The notes below the pieces were generated by a model. It was not told the origin of the DNA. It made no database searches and was given only the letters and a program-made list of their open reading frames with translations. DNA of 64,000 nucleotides from Actinomycetota bacterium (lineage in GTDB: Bacteria > Actinomycetota > Coriobacteriia > Anaerosomatales > UBA912). Shown in pieces: positions 26,462 to 36,321 of the stretch; position 1 is the first letter of the stretch; each line of letters starts with the position of its first letter. The stretch covers positions 9,910 through 73,909 of the forward strand of contig JAMDCK010000059.1 in assembly GCA_023488435.1 (NCBI GenBank), in the 5' to 3' direction. A program made the translations under genes and the position numbers.

Positions 26462-26855
26462 CATATTCCTTCCCCGTAGCTACCCCTGAGTCTCTCGCGG
26501 GTTACTGCAGGCTTGCCAGGTGGCCTGCATAACATTGCGCTGCCGGCCGCTATGCCCCGCTATTTTGCCGTCCGGATTCTCCAGAATCGGCACTTTGCTG
26601 GGAAGGGAAACTTCTGTAGCAAACGATAACACTATCTGCACGAGTTGTCACCATTGTTACAAGATAATCTTCCTTCAGATTTCCCGGTCACCGTCTACCG
26701 ATGATACATGCCGCCTGCCATACGCATGGATACTCGACCGGGGGTTTGCGGTAAGCTAGGCGATACGCATCGTTGTGGGCGGCCGGATACTCGGACGCAT
26801 GGATTCGCGCTTACCGATATCCGCCCACCGTAAGCCACTACATGGAGGAGGACAC

Positions 26856-28847
26856 ATGAGTGACAAATCAAGCTCGATTGAATCGATGATGAACGAGTTG
26901 CCAATCGTCGAACCCGCCGAATGGGTGCGCGCCAAAGCGCATCTGTCAAGCATGGATGAGTATCAGGCGATGTACGACCGGTCAGTCAATGATCCAGAAG
27001 GCTTTTGGGCCGACCAAGCCGAAGAATACCTTCACTGGCACAAGAAGTGGGACAAGGTTGTTGAGTGGGAGTTCGACACTCCCTCTGTGGAGTGGTTTGT
27101 CGGCGGCCAGACCAACGTCTCATACAACTGTATCGACCGTCATCTCACGACCGCTCGTCGCAATAAGACTGCCATCATCTGGGAGGCCGACGACGGCACG
27201 ACGGGCTCGTACTCCTATCAATCGCTCTATTTCAAGGTCTGCAAGTTCGCTAACGTTCTCAAGAAGCACGGTATCAAGAAGGGTGACAGGGTTGCCATCT
27301 ACCTGCCGATGATCCCTGAGCTCCCAGTTGTAATGCTGGCTTGTGCGCGTATCGGAGCCATCCACTCGGTCGTCTTCGGCGGATTTTCGGCGCAGGCCCT
27401 TCGTGATCGCATCCAGGATTGCGAGGCGAAGCTCCTAGTCACTGCAGATGAAGGTGTTCGGGGCGGAAGGGGAGTGGCCCTCAAGTCGATGGCAGATGAT
27501 GCTCTCGTTGAGTGCCCTTCGATCTCAAGTGTAATCGTAGTTCAGCGCACCGGTGCAGAAGTGCCGATGGTGGCAGGGCGCGATCACTGGTATCACGAGG
27601 AAGTCGATGCCGAGGACATCTCCCAGCATTGTGACATCGAGTGGGTAGACTCAGAGCATCCGCTGTTCATCCTCTATACGTCTGGCTCAACGGGCAAGCC
27701 TAAGGGCGTATTGCACACAACCGCCGGATACCTCCTCTATGCCACCATGACCTTCAAGTACACTTTCGACTACCATGATGAAGACATCTTCTTCTGCACA
27801 GCCGACATCGGCTGGGTCACGGGTCATAGCTATGTTGTCTATGGGCCACTGGCCCTTGGTGCCACCACCCTCATGTTCGAGGGCGTTCCTACCTATCCCG
27901 ACGCCGGACGTTTCTGGGAAATCGTCGAGAAGTATGGGGTCAACCAATTCTACACTGCACCTACCGCTATTCGTGCCTTGATGAAGCTCGGAGAAGAGTG
28001 GCCAGCCAAGTACGATTTATCGACCTTGCGGGTATTGGGGACAGTTGGAGAGCCGATCAACCCCGAAGCGTGGATGTGGTACTTCCGTAATGTGGGCGGG
28101 GAGCGGATTCCGATTGTGGACACCTATTGGCAGACAGAGACCGGTGGCCACATCATCACAAACCTGCCCGGTGCAACACCAATGAAGCCCGGTTCAGCCA
28201 CTAGGCCCTTCTTTGGAATTCAGCCGGTCGTTCTAAATGAGGACAAGACCGAGACACCAGTGGGCGAGGGCGGCAGATTGTGCATCAAGTACCCGTGGCC
28301 AGGGATGCTGCGCGGAACATGGGGCGACCCAGAGAATGCGCGCGTCAAGGAAGTCTACTTTTCCACGTTTCCTGGGAACTACTTCACTGGTGACGGAGCC
28401 CGCCAGGACGAGGACGGCTACTACTGGTTACTCGGCAGAGTCGATGATGTCATCAACGTCTCAGGACATCGGATGGGAACGGCCGAGGTCGAGAGCGCTC
28501 TGGTATCGCATCCGGCGGTTGCTGAAGCAGCCGTGGTTGGTTTCCCGCATGACATAAAGGGTGAGGCAATCTACGCCTACGTCATCTTGAAGGCGGGACA
28601 CGAATCCGGAGATGCGTTGATGAAAGATCTTGTTTCGCATGTTCGCAAGGAGATCGGTCCGATAGCTACTCCAGATCGCATACACTTCGTCCCTGAGCTG
28701 CCCAAGACCCGTTCCGGTAAGATCATGCGCCGGATTCTGCGTAAGATTGCGGCAGGCGAGACCGACATGCAGGTATTCGGTGACATATCGACACTGGCGG
28801 ATCCGTCGATTGTCCAGACCATTGTGGATACCCGACCCGGATCCTAG
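26856..28847 (+). CDS. acs: Acetyl-CoA synthetase (AMP-forming)
   Basis: 663 aa from ATG 26856, with the SD GGAGGAGG at 26844..26851. Motifs include [19 protein letters not shown] and the C-terminal [11 protein letters not shown]. The track start at 26775 is an upstream extension. Confidence 0.92.
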   Translation: MSDKSSSIESMMNELPIVEPAEWVRAKAHLSSMDEYQAMYDRSVNDPEGFWADQAEEYLHWHKKWDKVVEWEFDTPSVEWFVGGQTNVSYNCIDRHLTTARRNKTAIIWEADDGTTGSYSYQSLYFKVCKFANVLKKHGIKKGDRVAIYLPMIPELPVVMLACARIGAIHSVVFGGFSAQALRDRIQDCEAKLLVTADEGVRGGRGVALKSMADDALVECPSISSVIVVQRTGAEVPMVAGRDHWYHEEVDAEDISQHCDIEWVDSEHPLFILYTSGSTGKPKGVLHTTAGYLLYATMTFKYTFDYHDEDIFFCTADIGWVTGHSYVVYGPLALGATTLMFEGVPTYPDAGRFWEIVEKYGVNQFYTAPTAIRALMKLGEEWPAKYDLSTLRVLGTVGEPINPEAWMWYFRNVGGERIPIVDTYWQTETGGHIITNLPGATPMKPGSATRPFFGIQPVVLNEDKTETPVGEGGRLCIKYPWPGMLRGTWGDPENARVKEVYFSTFPGNYFTGDGARQDEDGYYWLLGRVDDVINVSGHRMGTAEVESALVSHPAVAEAAVVGFPHDIKGEAIYAYVILKAGHESGDALMKDLVSHVRKEIGPIATPDRIHFVPELPKTRSGKIMRRILRKIAAGETDMQVFGDISTLADPSIVQTIVDTRPGS

Positions 28848-28873
28848 GTAACATCGCACATCGTGAGAAGGCG

Positions 28874-28915
28874 GCTCTCCCGTATCCTCGAGCCGGGGTA
28901 CGGGAGAGCTCTTTC
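28874..28915 (+). terminator. Rho-independent terminator candidate after acs
   Basis: An 11-bp perfect stem (gctctcccgta / tacgggagagc, 28874..28884 and 28899..28909) with a 14-nt loop, followed by tcttt. Confidence 0.55.
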
Positions 28916-28966
28916 GTGGTAGACTGATTTCCGATTTCGCTGTCATCATGAGAGGACACCCACCAG

Positions 28967-30043
28967 ATGCCCTACAACGACTTGTTCTTGCGCGCAGCCA
29001 GACTACAGCCTACCGAGCGAACCCCCGTTTGGATGATGAGACAGGCTGGGCGTTATATGCCCGAATATCGCGCTATCAGAGAAAAGCATGGCTTCTTGGA
29101 CATGTGTCGCAATCCCGAGCTGGCGGTAGAAATAACCCTTCAGCCGGTCGATCTTATCGGCGTGGACGCCGCTATATTGTTCTCAGACATTCTGGTTTCC
29201 TTCACTGGAATGGGGCTCGATCTTGAGTTCGCCAAAGGCGAGGGTCCGGTAATCCACAATCCAGTGCGGTCTTCGGCCGATGTCGATAAACTGATAGTCG
29301 CCGATCCGTATGAGGCCACTGGCTACGTGATGGAAGCCATCAAGATACTTAGGCATGAACTAGCCAACAAGGTGCCGCTTATTGGATTTGCGGGCGCGCC
29401 GTTCACATTGGCGAGCTATGCCATCGAGGGTCATGGCACCCGTGACTATGAATACACTAAGGCTCTCATGTGGGGGGATACCCCGGCATGGGATCGCCTG
29501 CTGACCAAGTTCGCTGATACCACAATTGCTTATCTCAACGCCCAGATAGACGCCGGCGCCCAGGTAGTCCAGCTCTTTGACAGCTGGGTCGGATACATCG
29601 CTCCGAGGGACTACCAGAGATACATCCTTCCATACACCACCCGTGTCATCAGTGAGGTGAAAGCCCACGGCGATGCCACCGTTGAGGGTGGGGTCCCGTT
29701 GATCCACTTCCCAAATGGTGCCACCTCCATGTTGGACCTCGCCATGCAGGCGGGTGGCGACGTCATCGGTATCGACTGGAGGCTCGACATGCGCACCGCA
29801 GTCAAGATGATCGATGCTCGCTTTGGGATTCAAGGCAACATCGACCCAGTCGCACTGTTCGCCCCCGAGGACATCCTCGAGTCCATGGTCGTTGAGATTC
29901 TGGAGGCTGTTGGAACTAGGCCGGGCCACATCTTCAACCTCGGACACGGTATCCACAAGACGAGCGATCCAGAGAAGGCGAAGGCTATGATCCAGATGGT
30001 TCACCATCATTCTGATCGCATACGGTCTCGATCGGCCGAGTAG
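28967..30043 (+). CDS. hemE: Uroporphyrinogen decarboxylase
   Basis: The N-terminus PVWMMRQAGRYMPEYR is the HemE signature. 358 aa. The stop overlaps the hemH start. Confidence 0.9.
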   Translation: MPYNDLFLRAARLQPTERTPVWMMRQAGRYMPEYRAIREKHGFLDMCRNPELAVEITLQPVDLIGVDAAILFSDILVSFTGMGLDLEFAKGEGPVIHNPVRSSADVDKLIVADPYEATGYVMEAIKILRHELANKVPLIGFAGAPFTLASYAIEGHGTRDYEYTKALMWGDTPAWDRLLTKFADTTIAYLNAQIDAGAQVVQLFDSWVGYIAPRDYQRYILPYTTRVISEVKAHGDATVEGGVPLIHFPNGATSMLDLAMQAGGDVIGIDWRLDMRTAVKMIDARFGIQGNIDPVALFAPEDILESMVVEILEAVGTRPGHIFNLGHGIHKTSDPEKAKAMIQMVHHHSDRIRSRSAE

Positions 30044-31041
30044 TGTCGACTGCCCAGACTTCCGAAGTCGGCGTGCTGCTCGTTGGATACGGGGGCCCGC
30101 GAAACTTGGACGCTGTAGAGGGATTCCTCGCAGCTGTCATGGCCCGGCCCCCTTCTGAGGAGCTAGTACATAGCGTCCGCAACAGGTATCTTGCTCTCGG
30201 AGGATCGTCCCCTCTGCTTCCTCTAGCCGAGGAGCTCGCTCATGCCCTGTCGGCAACCCTGGGCGATAAAGGATGGGATGTTCCTGTTCGAATCGGGTAC
30301 AGCTATTCTGATCCGTCTGTGGCGAACTCGATTCGAGAACTCTATGCTTCCGGTGTTCGAAGGTTGATTACGGTTCCTCTTTCGCCTTTTGAAGCTGAAA
30401 TCACCACAGTGACCTACAGAAAGATGGTCACTTCCGCAGTCAGTGGACTTCTCGACATGTCTGTCCTGGAAATTCCGTTGTTGGGCGGCCTGGAAGGCTT
30501 TCTTGATGCCCATGCAGCTCGACTCTCTTTAGTTCTTGAAGAGGTCGAAGGTGGGAGAGATGGAAGGACGCTGATTTTGTTCAGCGCACATAGCCTTCCA
30601 ATGGGCGAAGTGGCTGACTCAACCAGCATCGGCTATTTGGACGGGCTCAAGCTTGCCTGTGACGGAGTGGCAAGCCGCATATCGCTGCCTATTGGTGGCT
30701 CTGTAAACTTTGCTGGTCACCACTCCCATGGGTCAACCGAGGGCACCTATCCGTGGATGTTGGCATTTCAGTCGAAGGGACAGCGTCCAGGTCAATGGTT
30801 GGGACCCTCCGCTGAGGAGATCTCAAATGCTGCCCTTACGGATGACTACGACACAATCGTCGTGTGTCCGGTAGGCTTTGCGTTGGACAACATGGAGACT
30901 TTGTACGATCTGGATGTTGAACTTGCGGACCTCGTAATCAGTCGGAACGGGGAATTTGCTCGCTCTCCCGCACCGAACAGCGATCCGCTGCTGGTGTACG
31001 ACGTCGTCGATTGCATTATCGAGACCGTCGGTTCCTACTGA
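30043..31041 (+). CDS. hemH: Ferrochelatase (proto- or coproporphyrin ferrochelatase)
   Basis: 332 aa. It has VGVLLVGYGGP at the N-terminus and FSAHSLP, with a ferrochelatase-like layout. GTG start at 30043. Confidence 0.8.
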   Translation: MSTAQTSEVGVLLVGYGGPRNLDAVEGFLAAVMARPPSEELVHSVRNRYLALGGSSPLLPLAEELAHALSATLGDKGWDVPVRIGYSYSDPSVANSIRELYASGVRRLITVPLSPFEAEITTVTYRKMVTSAVSGLLDMSVLEIPLLGGLEGFLDAHAARLSLVLEEVEGGRDGRTLILFSAHSLPMGEVADSTSIGYLDGLKLACDGVASRISLPIGGSVNFAGHHSHGSTEGTYPWMLAFQSKGQRPGQWLGPSAEEISNAALTDDYDTIVVCPVGFALDNMETLYDLDVELADLVISRNGEFARSPAPNSDPLLVYDVVDCIIETVGSY

Positions 31042-32387
31042 CAAGCCTCGTGGCTGAGTCTCTGGCTCGAGCCGACTGCGTCGTCGACGAGGACTCTCTC
31101 TGTCGAAGAATCGGTCAGTAACATCTTGTCCTCCGGAGGGAGCCCCGCACGTGCTTTGTCACGTGCGTCATTGCTTGACGCAAGGGTTTCTCGCATCATC
31201 ACCATGAGCAGGTACCGCCCGGTTTCAGTCAGTGTGATCTCTTCGTCATCGTGTTTTGCGATGCCACCGGATACATGCATGAATGCTAGCTCCGGAGCTA
31301 GGCCTCGCTCAACCGGGATGCCAAAGTCCGCAAGAAAACGTTTCTTGTCCAGCCTCAGGCCGAACAGATCGGTCACAAAGCGATATCTCATGAGAGCTTT
31401 AGTGCCGTAGGGCCTTCCACGCTTGGCGACGGACATCCTGCCTGAGCGAATTGCCCGTGAGTATTCGGTTAATGAGAATGTATTGCTGTATATCGTCCCG
31501 CCAAGAAAGGAAAGGGCTCCAGATCCAATCCCAACATATTCCTCGTAGTCAACAATGTACTCGTCGATCATCGAGTTCGTGTCTTTCGAGTATGTCCATG
31601 CCGAAGTGGGAATGTACTGGTCCGATAGCTTGTCAGCAATAACTCGATAGTAATGAGCTTCTCTTTTGTAATCGATCCGACCCACGGCGCGGGCGAGCTC
31701 AAGGCGATTGAGTGGGGATGCCATGAGCGGGTAGAAGGTAGTCTGATTGGCACCGGTGGCCTTCAGTAGCTCGATGTCCTTGCTAAGGATTTCTTCAGTC
31801 TGGCTAGGAAAGTTGAACATCATGTCCACATTGAGCGAATTAAACTTGCCCGACACACCCGAGACCCTTTCCAGCAGAGTGTGTCCGTCTCCGTACTTCT
31901 CGAATCTGTCCATCTGCCTAAGTAGCTTCTCATCGAAACTCTGCACTCCAACGGAAAGGCGGTGGACTCGGCCGGCGAGTTCATCAACAAGCCTTTCATC
32001 TAGGTGATTTGGAGATGTCTCACAAGAAACCTCTTTGATGTCGAAAAGTGACCTGGCTAAATCGATGGTCTTCGTCAACTCATCAAGCATTACAGTCGGC
32101 GTTCCACCTCCGATATAGAGGGAGGGAAAGGAGTAGCCGAGTCCCGCTAGCATCCGCATCTCTTCACGAAGGTCCTTGAAGTATTCGCGACAACGTCGAT
32201 CGTCGAAGATAAAGCGGTTGAATGAACAGTAAAGGCAGAGTCTTTCGCAGAATGGAACGTGCAAGTAGAGAACATAACCCCTGTCTAGACCAGGTGGGGG
32301 GAGCAAGAGATCGTCAGAGGAGTCCTGGGATAGGTAACTACGGTTCAGTATTCGAAGTGCGGCGGTAACTAAACGCTCTGACAGCAT
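31035..32387 (-). CDS. HemN/HemZ-family radical SAM enzyme (oxygen-independent coproporphyrinogen oxidase-like)
   Basis: It has the radical SAM motif YLHVPFCERLCLYCSF (CxxxCxxC), GGGTP, and a HemN_C-like tail. 450 aa. It is convergent with hemH, overlapping by 7 nt. Confidence 0.7.
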   Translation of the reverse strand: MLSERLVTAALRILNRSYLSQDSSDDLLLPPPGLDRGYVLYLHVPFCERLCLYCSFNRFIFDDRRCREYFKDLREEMRMLAGLGYSFPSLYIGGGTPTVMLDELTKTIDLARSLFDIKEVSCETSPNHLDERLVDELAGRVHRLSVGVQSFDEKLLRQMDRFEKYGDGHTLLERVSGVSGKFNSLNVDMMFNFPSQTEEILSKDIELLKATGANQTTFYPLMASPLNRLELARAVGRIDYKREAHYYRVIADKLSDQYIPTSAWTYSKDTNSMIDEYIVDYEEYVGIGSGALSFLGGTIYSNTFSLTEYSRAIRSGRMSVAKRGRPYGTKALMRYRFVTDLFGLRLDKKRFLADFGIPVERGLAPELAFMHVSGGIAKHDDEEITLTETGRYLLMVMMRETLASSNDARDKARAGLPPEDKMLLTDSSTERVLVDDAVGSSQRLSHEACQ

Positions 32388-32427
32388 CGCTTCTCCAATG
32401 GCTGGATCGACCCACTATTCCGGCATG

Positions 32428-32465
32428 AAGACAGGGTCCCGCAAGGAAGTCCGGGACCCTGTCTT
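32428..32465 (-). terminator. Strong hairpin downstream of the hydrogenase operon (terminator candidate without U-tract)
   Basis: A 14-bp perfect stem (aagacagggtcccg / cgggaccctgtctt) with a 10-nt loop lies 31 nt downstream of the cytochrome b stop. No clear T-run follows on the minus strand. Confidence 0.45.
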
Positions 32466-32495
32466 GGTCAGCATAATCCTTCAAACAGTCATCGG

Positions 32496-33185
32496 CTAGT
32501 GGCTGTGGCCGCCGCCAATCACCTTTCCTGTCTCGGGGTCACACTGAAGACCGTCGCATTCCTTCCATGCAAAGATCAGCTTGGAGGGAGCGAACCCAGC
32601 GACGTTGGCAAGGTAGATATGGATAGCTGTGAAGATGATGAACACCCACATCATGAAGTAGTGGATGATCCGCATATTCATCGCGCCATTCACCAAGTTC
32701 AGGCCTGCTTCAAAGATGGCCCAATCCATGACCGGGGCGTAGATTGCAAAACCCGTGTAGGCCATGAGGTAGGTCAGGGGCACAGTCGCCAAGTAGGCGA
32801 TCTTCTGAAGGACGCCGTACTTGGCACCAATCGGCTTCTCCTTCTTCAGGAACAGGTAGTACTTCAACCACGGCAGCAACTGATGCCGATTCGCCTTCTG
32901 GGGTAGCCAGTTCTTGATGTCGGTGTCCTGGGTACGGGTACCGAGGGCACAAGAAGTCTTGACGAAGAACGCCGCTATGATCCTGAAGGTCAGGTTGATG
33001 ATCAGCACATACATGAAGAAGAAGTGAATGCCTCTAGCGAGACCCATCGCACCTGGCGCAGCGAACAGCGGATAGTGGATATAGAACCCCGACAGAGCGA
33101 GGAGGACCATAGCCACTGCATTGATCCAGTGTGTAACTACGAAGACCAGTGGATGTGCCTCACGATAGTGGGCGAGGTGCGCCAT
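32496..33185 (-). CDS. Ni/Fe-hydrogenase b-type cytochrome subunit
   Basis: 229 aa with 4 TM. The motif FVVTHWINAVAMVLLALSGFYIHYP and conserved His positions are typical of the HyaC/Ni_hydr_CYTB family. The start lies 1 nt after the readthrough stop of the large subunit. Confidence 0.8.
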   Translation of the reverse strand: MAHLAHYREAHPLVFVVTHWINAVAMVLLALSGFYIHYPLFAAPGAMGLARGIHFFFMYVLIINLTFRIIAAFFVKTSCALGTRTQDTDIKNWLPQKANRHQLLPWLKYYLFLKKEKPIGAKYGVLQKIAYLATVPLTYLMAYTGFAIYAPVMDWAIFEAGLNLVNGAMNMRIIHYFMMWVFIIFTAIHIYLANVAGFAPSKLIFAWKECDGLQCDPETGKVIGGGHSH

Positions 33186-33186
33186 C

Positions 33187-34830
33187 TTACTTCACCCCCA
33201 TCGGCTTGGTGTGGACTACTGCCTTCTTGCCAGTTTTTGGTTCAATCACGTGAACCGCACAACCCACTCAAGGGTCGAAGCTTCTGGCTACACGGACAAC
33301 ATTGAGGGGCCTTTCGATGTCAGCAACGGGAGTGCCGATCAAAGCTTCCTCCATAGGGCCACGTCGGCCAGCAGCATCGCGAGGAGCGCATGTCCATGTG
33401 GAGGGCGTGACTACGTTGTAGCGATCAACCTTGCGATTCTTCACAGTCATGTAGTGGGCAAGAGCACCCCGTGGTGCTTCCCACATTCCATAACCTTCAC
33501 CGTCAGTGATGTCATGAGGGGTGAACAGTTCCAGAGGACCCGCTTTGACCGCCGCAATGAGATCGTTTAAGAATTGCTCGGTGAGAGTTGCTGTGTGGGC
33601 TGTCTCGAGGTTACGAGCAGCCACTCGGCCCAGCAGAGAGACCAGAACCTCAGGCTTACCGGCGGCACCTAGCTTGGCAAGAGTGCTATCGATCAGATCC
33701 TGGACCGCCTCGTCGCCCTTTACGTAAGCAACGACCATTCTAGCTAGGGGACCGACCTCGGCAGGCAAGTCTTTGTACCGAACTGCCTTGCCCCAAGAGT
33801 ACTTGTCGTCGGTGTTGTACTCGGTGAACGCAGGGACGGTTTCTCCGACCTTCGGGTTAAGTCCAGAAGGGGAGGAGTACCATGCGTGCTCCGTGTACTC
33901 CTTGACGTTGTCGATATCCACTGTATCCAGGCCCAACGAGGCACCCTCGGAGAAGCCGGGTGGCATATAGCGATTATCGATCTCGAACGACGGGTCATCG
34001 AAGACTCCGAAGGAGAGAAAGTTGCCGCCTCCGCCACCGAACTTCAGTGCATCGAGGTAGAAAGGCGCGATTGCCAGGGTGTCTGGAATCATGGCCTCTC
34101 TCACAAAAGCGTTAACCTTCGCTAGGCGGAACTTTACGTCATCGAGCTTTTCTTCGGTCGGGACCCAAGAAGTACCACCATTAATGGAGCTCATGAAGTG
34201 GGGGAACTTTCCACCCATGACTGCGATGATAGTAGCCGCCTCGGCCTGCATCTCCAGAGCTTCGAGATAGTGCGCGACGCCGATCAGGTGAAGCTCGGCC
34301 GGCATATCAGCTGGGTACTCAGGATGTCCGAACCAGCCATTCGCGAAGATGGAAAGCTGTCCGCGCTCAACGAACGCCGACAGCCTCTTTGCGATGGCGC
34401 CAAAGTCTGCCACCCGAGTCCCGGCAGCATGTGCGAGTGCATAGGTGTCAGCGATGTTTGCCTGAAGCGCCTTTACTGGATCGACGTAATCGAGTGCAGC
34501 CAATGTGTAGAACCACAGAATGTGGCTATGGAGGTACTGTGCACCTTCCAGTATGTTACGAACGAGTCTAGCGCCTTCGGGAATCTGGACTCCCATTGCT
34601 GCCTCGGCTGACATGCTCGATGCGTGGCCGTGGGAGACGGGACACACCCCGCAGATCCGCTGGGAGATGAAGAACGCATCCTGTGGTGCTCTGTTCTTGA
34701 TGATTGCTTCCAATCCGCGGAAGAGAGAACCAGAAATCCAAGCGTCCTTTACAACGCCGCCATCGACTTCGACTTCGACTCGCATGTGACCCTCGATACG
34801 GGTCAATGGATCAATAACCGCGCGTGCCAC
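33187..34830 (-). CDS. [NiFeSe]-hydrogenase large subunit, with in-frame TGA (33268..33270) read as selenocysteine; 547 aa
   Basis: The N-terminal Ni motif RICGVCPVSH is present. The track ORF ends ...SFDP at TGA. Continuing in frame gives U-VGCAVH plus a 20-aa tail and then TAA (33187..33189), which is DP[U]xxCxxH plus a protease-cleaved extension. GTG start at 34830, overlapping the small-subunit stop as TAGTG. Confidence 0.8.
33239..33256 (-). promoter_or_regulatory. Candidate SECIS-like stem-loop downstream of the UGA
   Basis: The mRNA GGUUCA-CGUGAU-UGAACC forms a 6-bp stem with a 6-nt loop containing GU, starting 11 nt after the UGA. This is hand-folded only. Confidence 0.3.
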
Positions 34831-35996
34831 TATTTACCGCCTCCCTTCTTGCGATCGCATTCCTTCATCTCTTCGTATGGAGCGCCCTCGCCATCCATTC
34901 TTCCGGCTGCCTTCATGCCGAGTCCATGGGCAACCAGGGCAGCCGCAGCTGCGGCACCAACGATAACACCGGCTGTCGATGGTTGGATCCGCATATCGCC
35001 AATCTTGAGATCACGATGGCGCTTGAGGAACGGAGCATTCACATCTACCCAGTTACCACCGGCTTTAGGGCTGGTGATGCCGCAACCGATACACGGAGCT
35101 CCCGATTCGACGCACCATGAGGCCCTTCTGTTCCACCTAACGATGGGACAGTTGGTGAAGGTCTGCGGACCCTTGCATCCTACCGGGTACAGACAGTAAC
35201 CCAGCTCCTCTTCCTTGCTTCCGAACTCGTAGACGAACTGAGCGTTCTCGAAGTGGCCCCGTCGCGGACACAGATCGTGAATCGGGTGTCCAAAGATCAA
35301 TGAGGGGCGATTGAACGAGTCCATTTCAGGGAGTCGACCAAGAATCAATACATTGATGACGGTTGCAACAATCCATTCGGGGTTCACCGGACAGGTTGGC
35401 AGGTTAATCAGAGGAGTATCTATGCCAGCTTCGTCCAAGAACTGCTTCATTCCAATAGCATCAGCTGGATTTGGCTTGGCAGCGACGAATCCGCCGTCAA
35501 CTGCACAAGATCCAACGGCGACGATCGCTTCAGCGGCTTCGGCCTTCTTCTTCAGGCGATCGATTTGAGGCTCGCCGAATTCCCTTAGGGCGTTCCCGCC
35601 CTGGCCGCGCATGATAGAACCCTCATAGATCAAAATGAAGCCGATGTCGTTCTCGGCATCCTCCAGGGTATCGGCAACGATCCTCTCTAGGTCGTCACCC
35701 GAAGCCATATTGATGGTCATGTTCTTGAGGGAAAGGATATCAAGCACGATGGTCGCTATATCAGGCGTGTCTACCTGGGCAATAGCTACGGTACAACCTG
35801 TGCAGATTCCTCCATGGAGCCAGAGTGTCGGCTTCAACCGCGCACCCTTCTCTACAGCTGCGGCAATCTGGGGGATCATAGACTCAGACATTCCAAGAAT
35901 CGCAGCTACTGAGCCACAAAACTTGAGGAAATCGCGACGGGAGACTCCGTGGAATTCCAGTTGGGATCGGAGCGCGTCGTGGTCCTCATTTGCCAT
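34830..35996 (-). CDS. [NiFe(Se)]-hydrogenase small subunit, Tat-exported, with C-terminal membrane anchor
   Basis: It has the Tat motif SRRDFLKF and Fe-S cluster cysteines, including ...SWCVESGAPCIGC. A C-terminal hydrophobic helix is present. An SD AGGAGG lies 8 nt upstream of ATG 35996; the track start at 36005 lies inside that SD. Confidence 0.88.
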   Translation of the reverse strand: MANEDHDALRSQLEFHGVSRRDFLKFCGSVAAILGMSESMIPQIAAAVEKGARLKPTLWLHGGICTGCTVAIAQVDTPDIATIVLDILSLKNMTINMASGDDLERIVADTLEDAENDIGFILIYEGSIMRGQGGNALREFGEPQIDRLKKKAEAAEAIVAVGSCAVDGGFVAAKPNPADAIGMKQFLDEAGIDTPLINLPTCPVNPEWIVATVINVLILGRLPEMDSFNRPSLIFGHPIHDLCPRRGHFENAQFVYEFGSKEEELGYCLYPVGCKGPQTFTNCPIVRWNRRASWCVESGAPCIGCGITSPKAGGNWVDVNAPFLKRHRDLKIGDMRIQPSTAGVIVGAAAAAALVAHGLGMKAAGRMDGEGAPYEEMKECDRKKGGGK

Positions 35997-36117
35997 GCTA
36001 TACACCTCCTCGAATAATGCGTGAGTAGTGCCTTCACGTTTGTAGCTTGCGTGTTAGCGGACAAACAGCATCCACGCAAACCTGCGTACGAGGTGTTCTT
36101 ATGGGCGCCCCCCTTTC

Positions 36118-36131
36118 TTGAAGTCAATCAT
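36118..36131. promoter_or_regulatory. FNR/CRP-family box candidate in the divergent hydrogenase / DUF2249 intergenic region
   Basis: TTGAAgtcaATCAT compared with the consensus TTGAT-N4-ATCAA (8 of 10 half-site positions match). It lies 122 nt upstream of the small-subunit ATG, and a Crp/Fnr-family regulator gene is 1.2 kb away. Confidence 0.3.
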
Positions 36132-36321
36132 CGAGTCTCAAGCACCAGATTTTTCAAGCTCAAGACCTTTGTGAATGTATTCTATAGCACGACGGTTCTT
36201 CCTGCCACATCTAAGTTCTCACATGCAGTAAGCCTAATTTGGCCCACCAATATCAAGGAGTTTGTCGTCAGCCGGAGAATGTAGATTCAATTGCCGGTCA
36301 ATCGTCAAAGGGGTCCGGGAT

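Noticed and set aside
26495-26620. A cobalamin riboswitch in the acs leader, because ttgccaggtggcctgc loosely resembles a B12 box and a corrinoid-activase-like gene is adjacent
   Set aside because: Only about 10 of 13 positions match the B12 box. The other conserved cobalamin-riboswitch blocks (GGGAA...GGTG...CC core, GCCACTG) are not recognisable in the right order, and acs is not a typical regulated gene. An Rfam scan would be decisive.
26520-26759. A Cys-rich 79-aa ORF in the acs upstream region
   Set aside because: It has a non-ATG start without an SD, odd composition and no motif. The region is better explained as non-coding leader.
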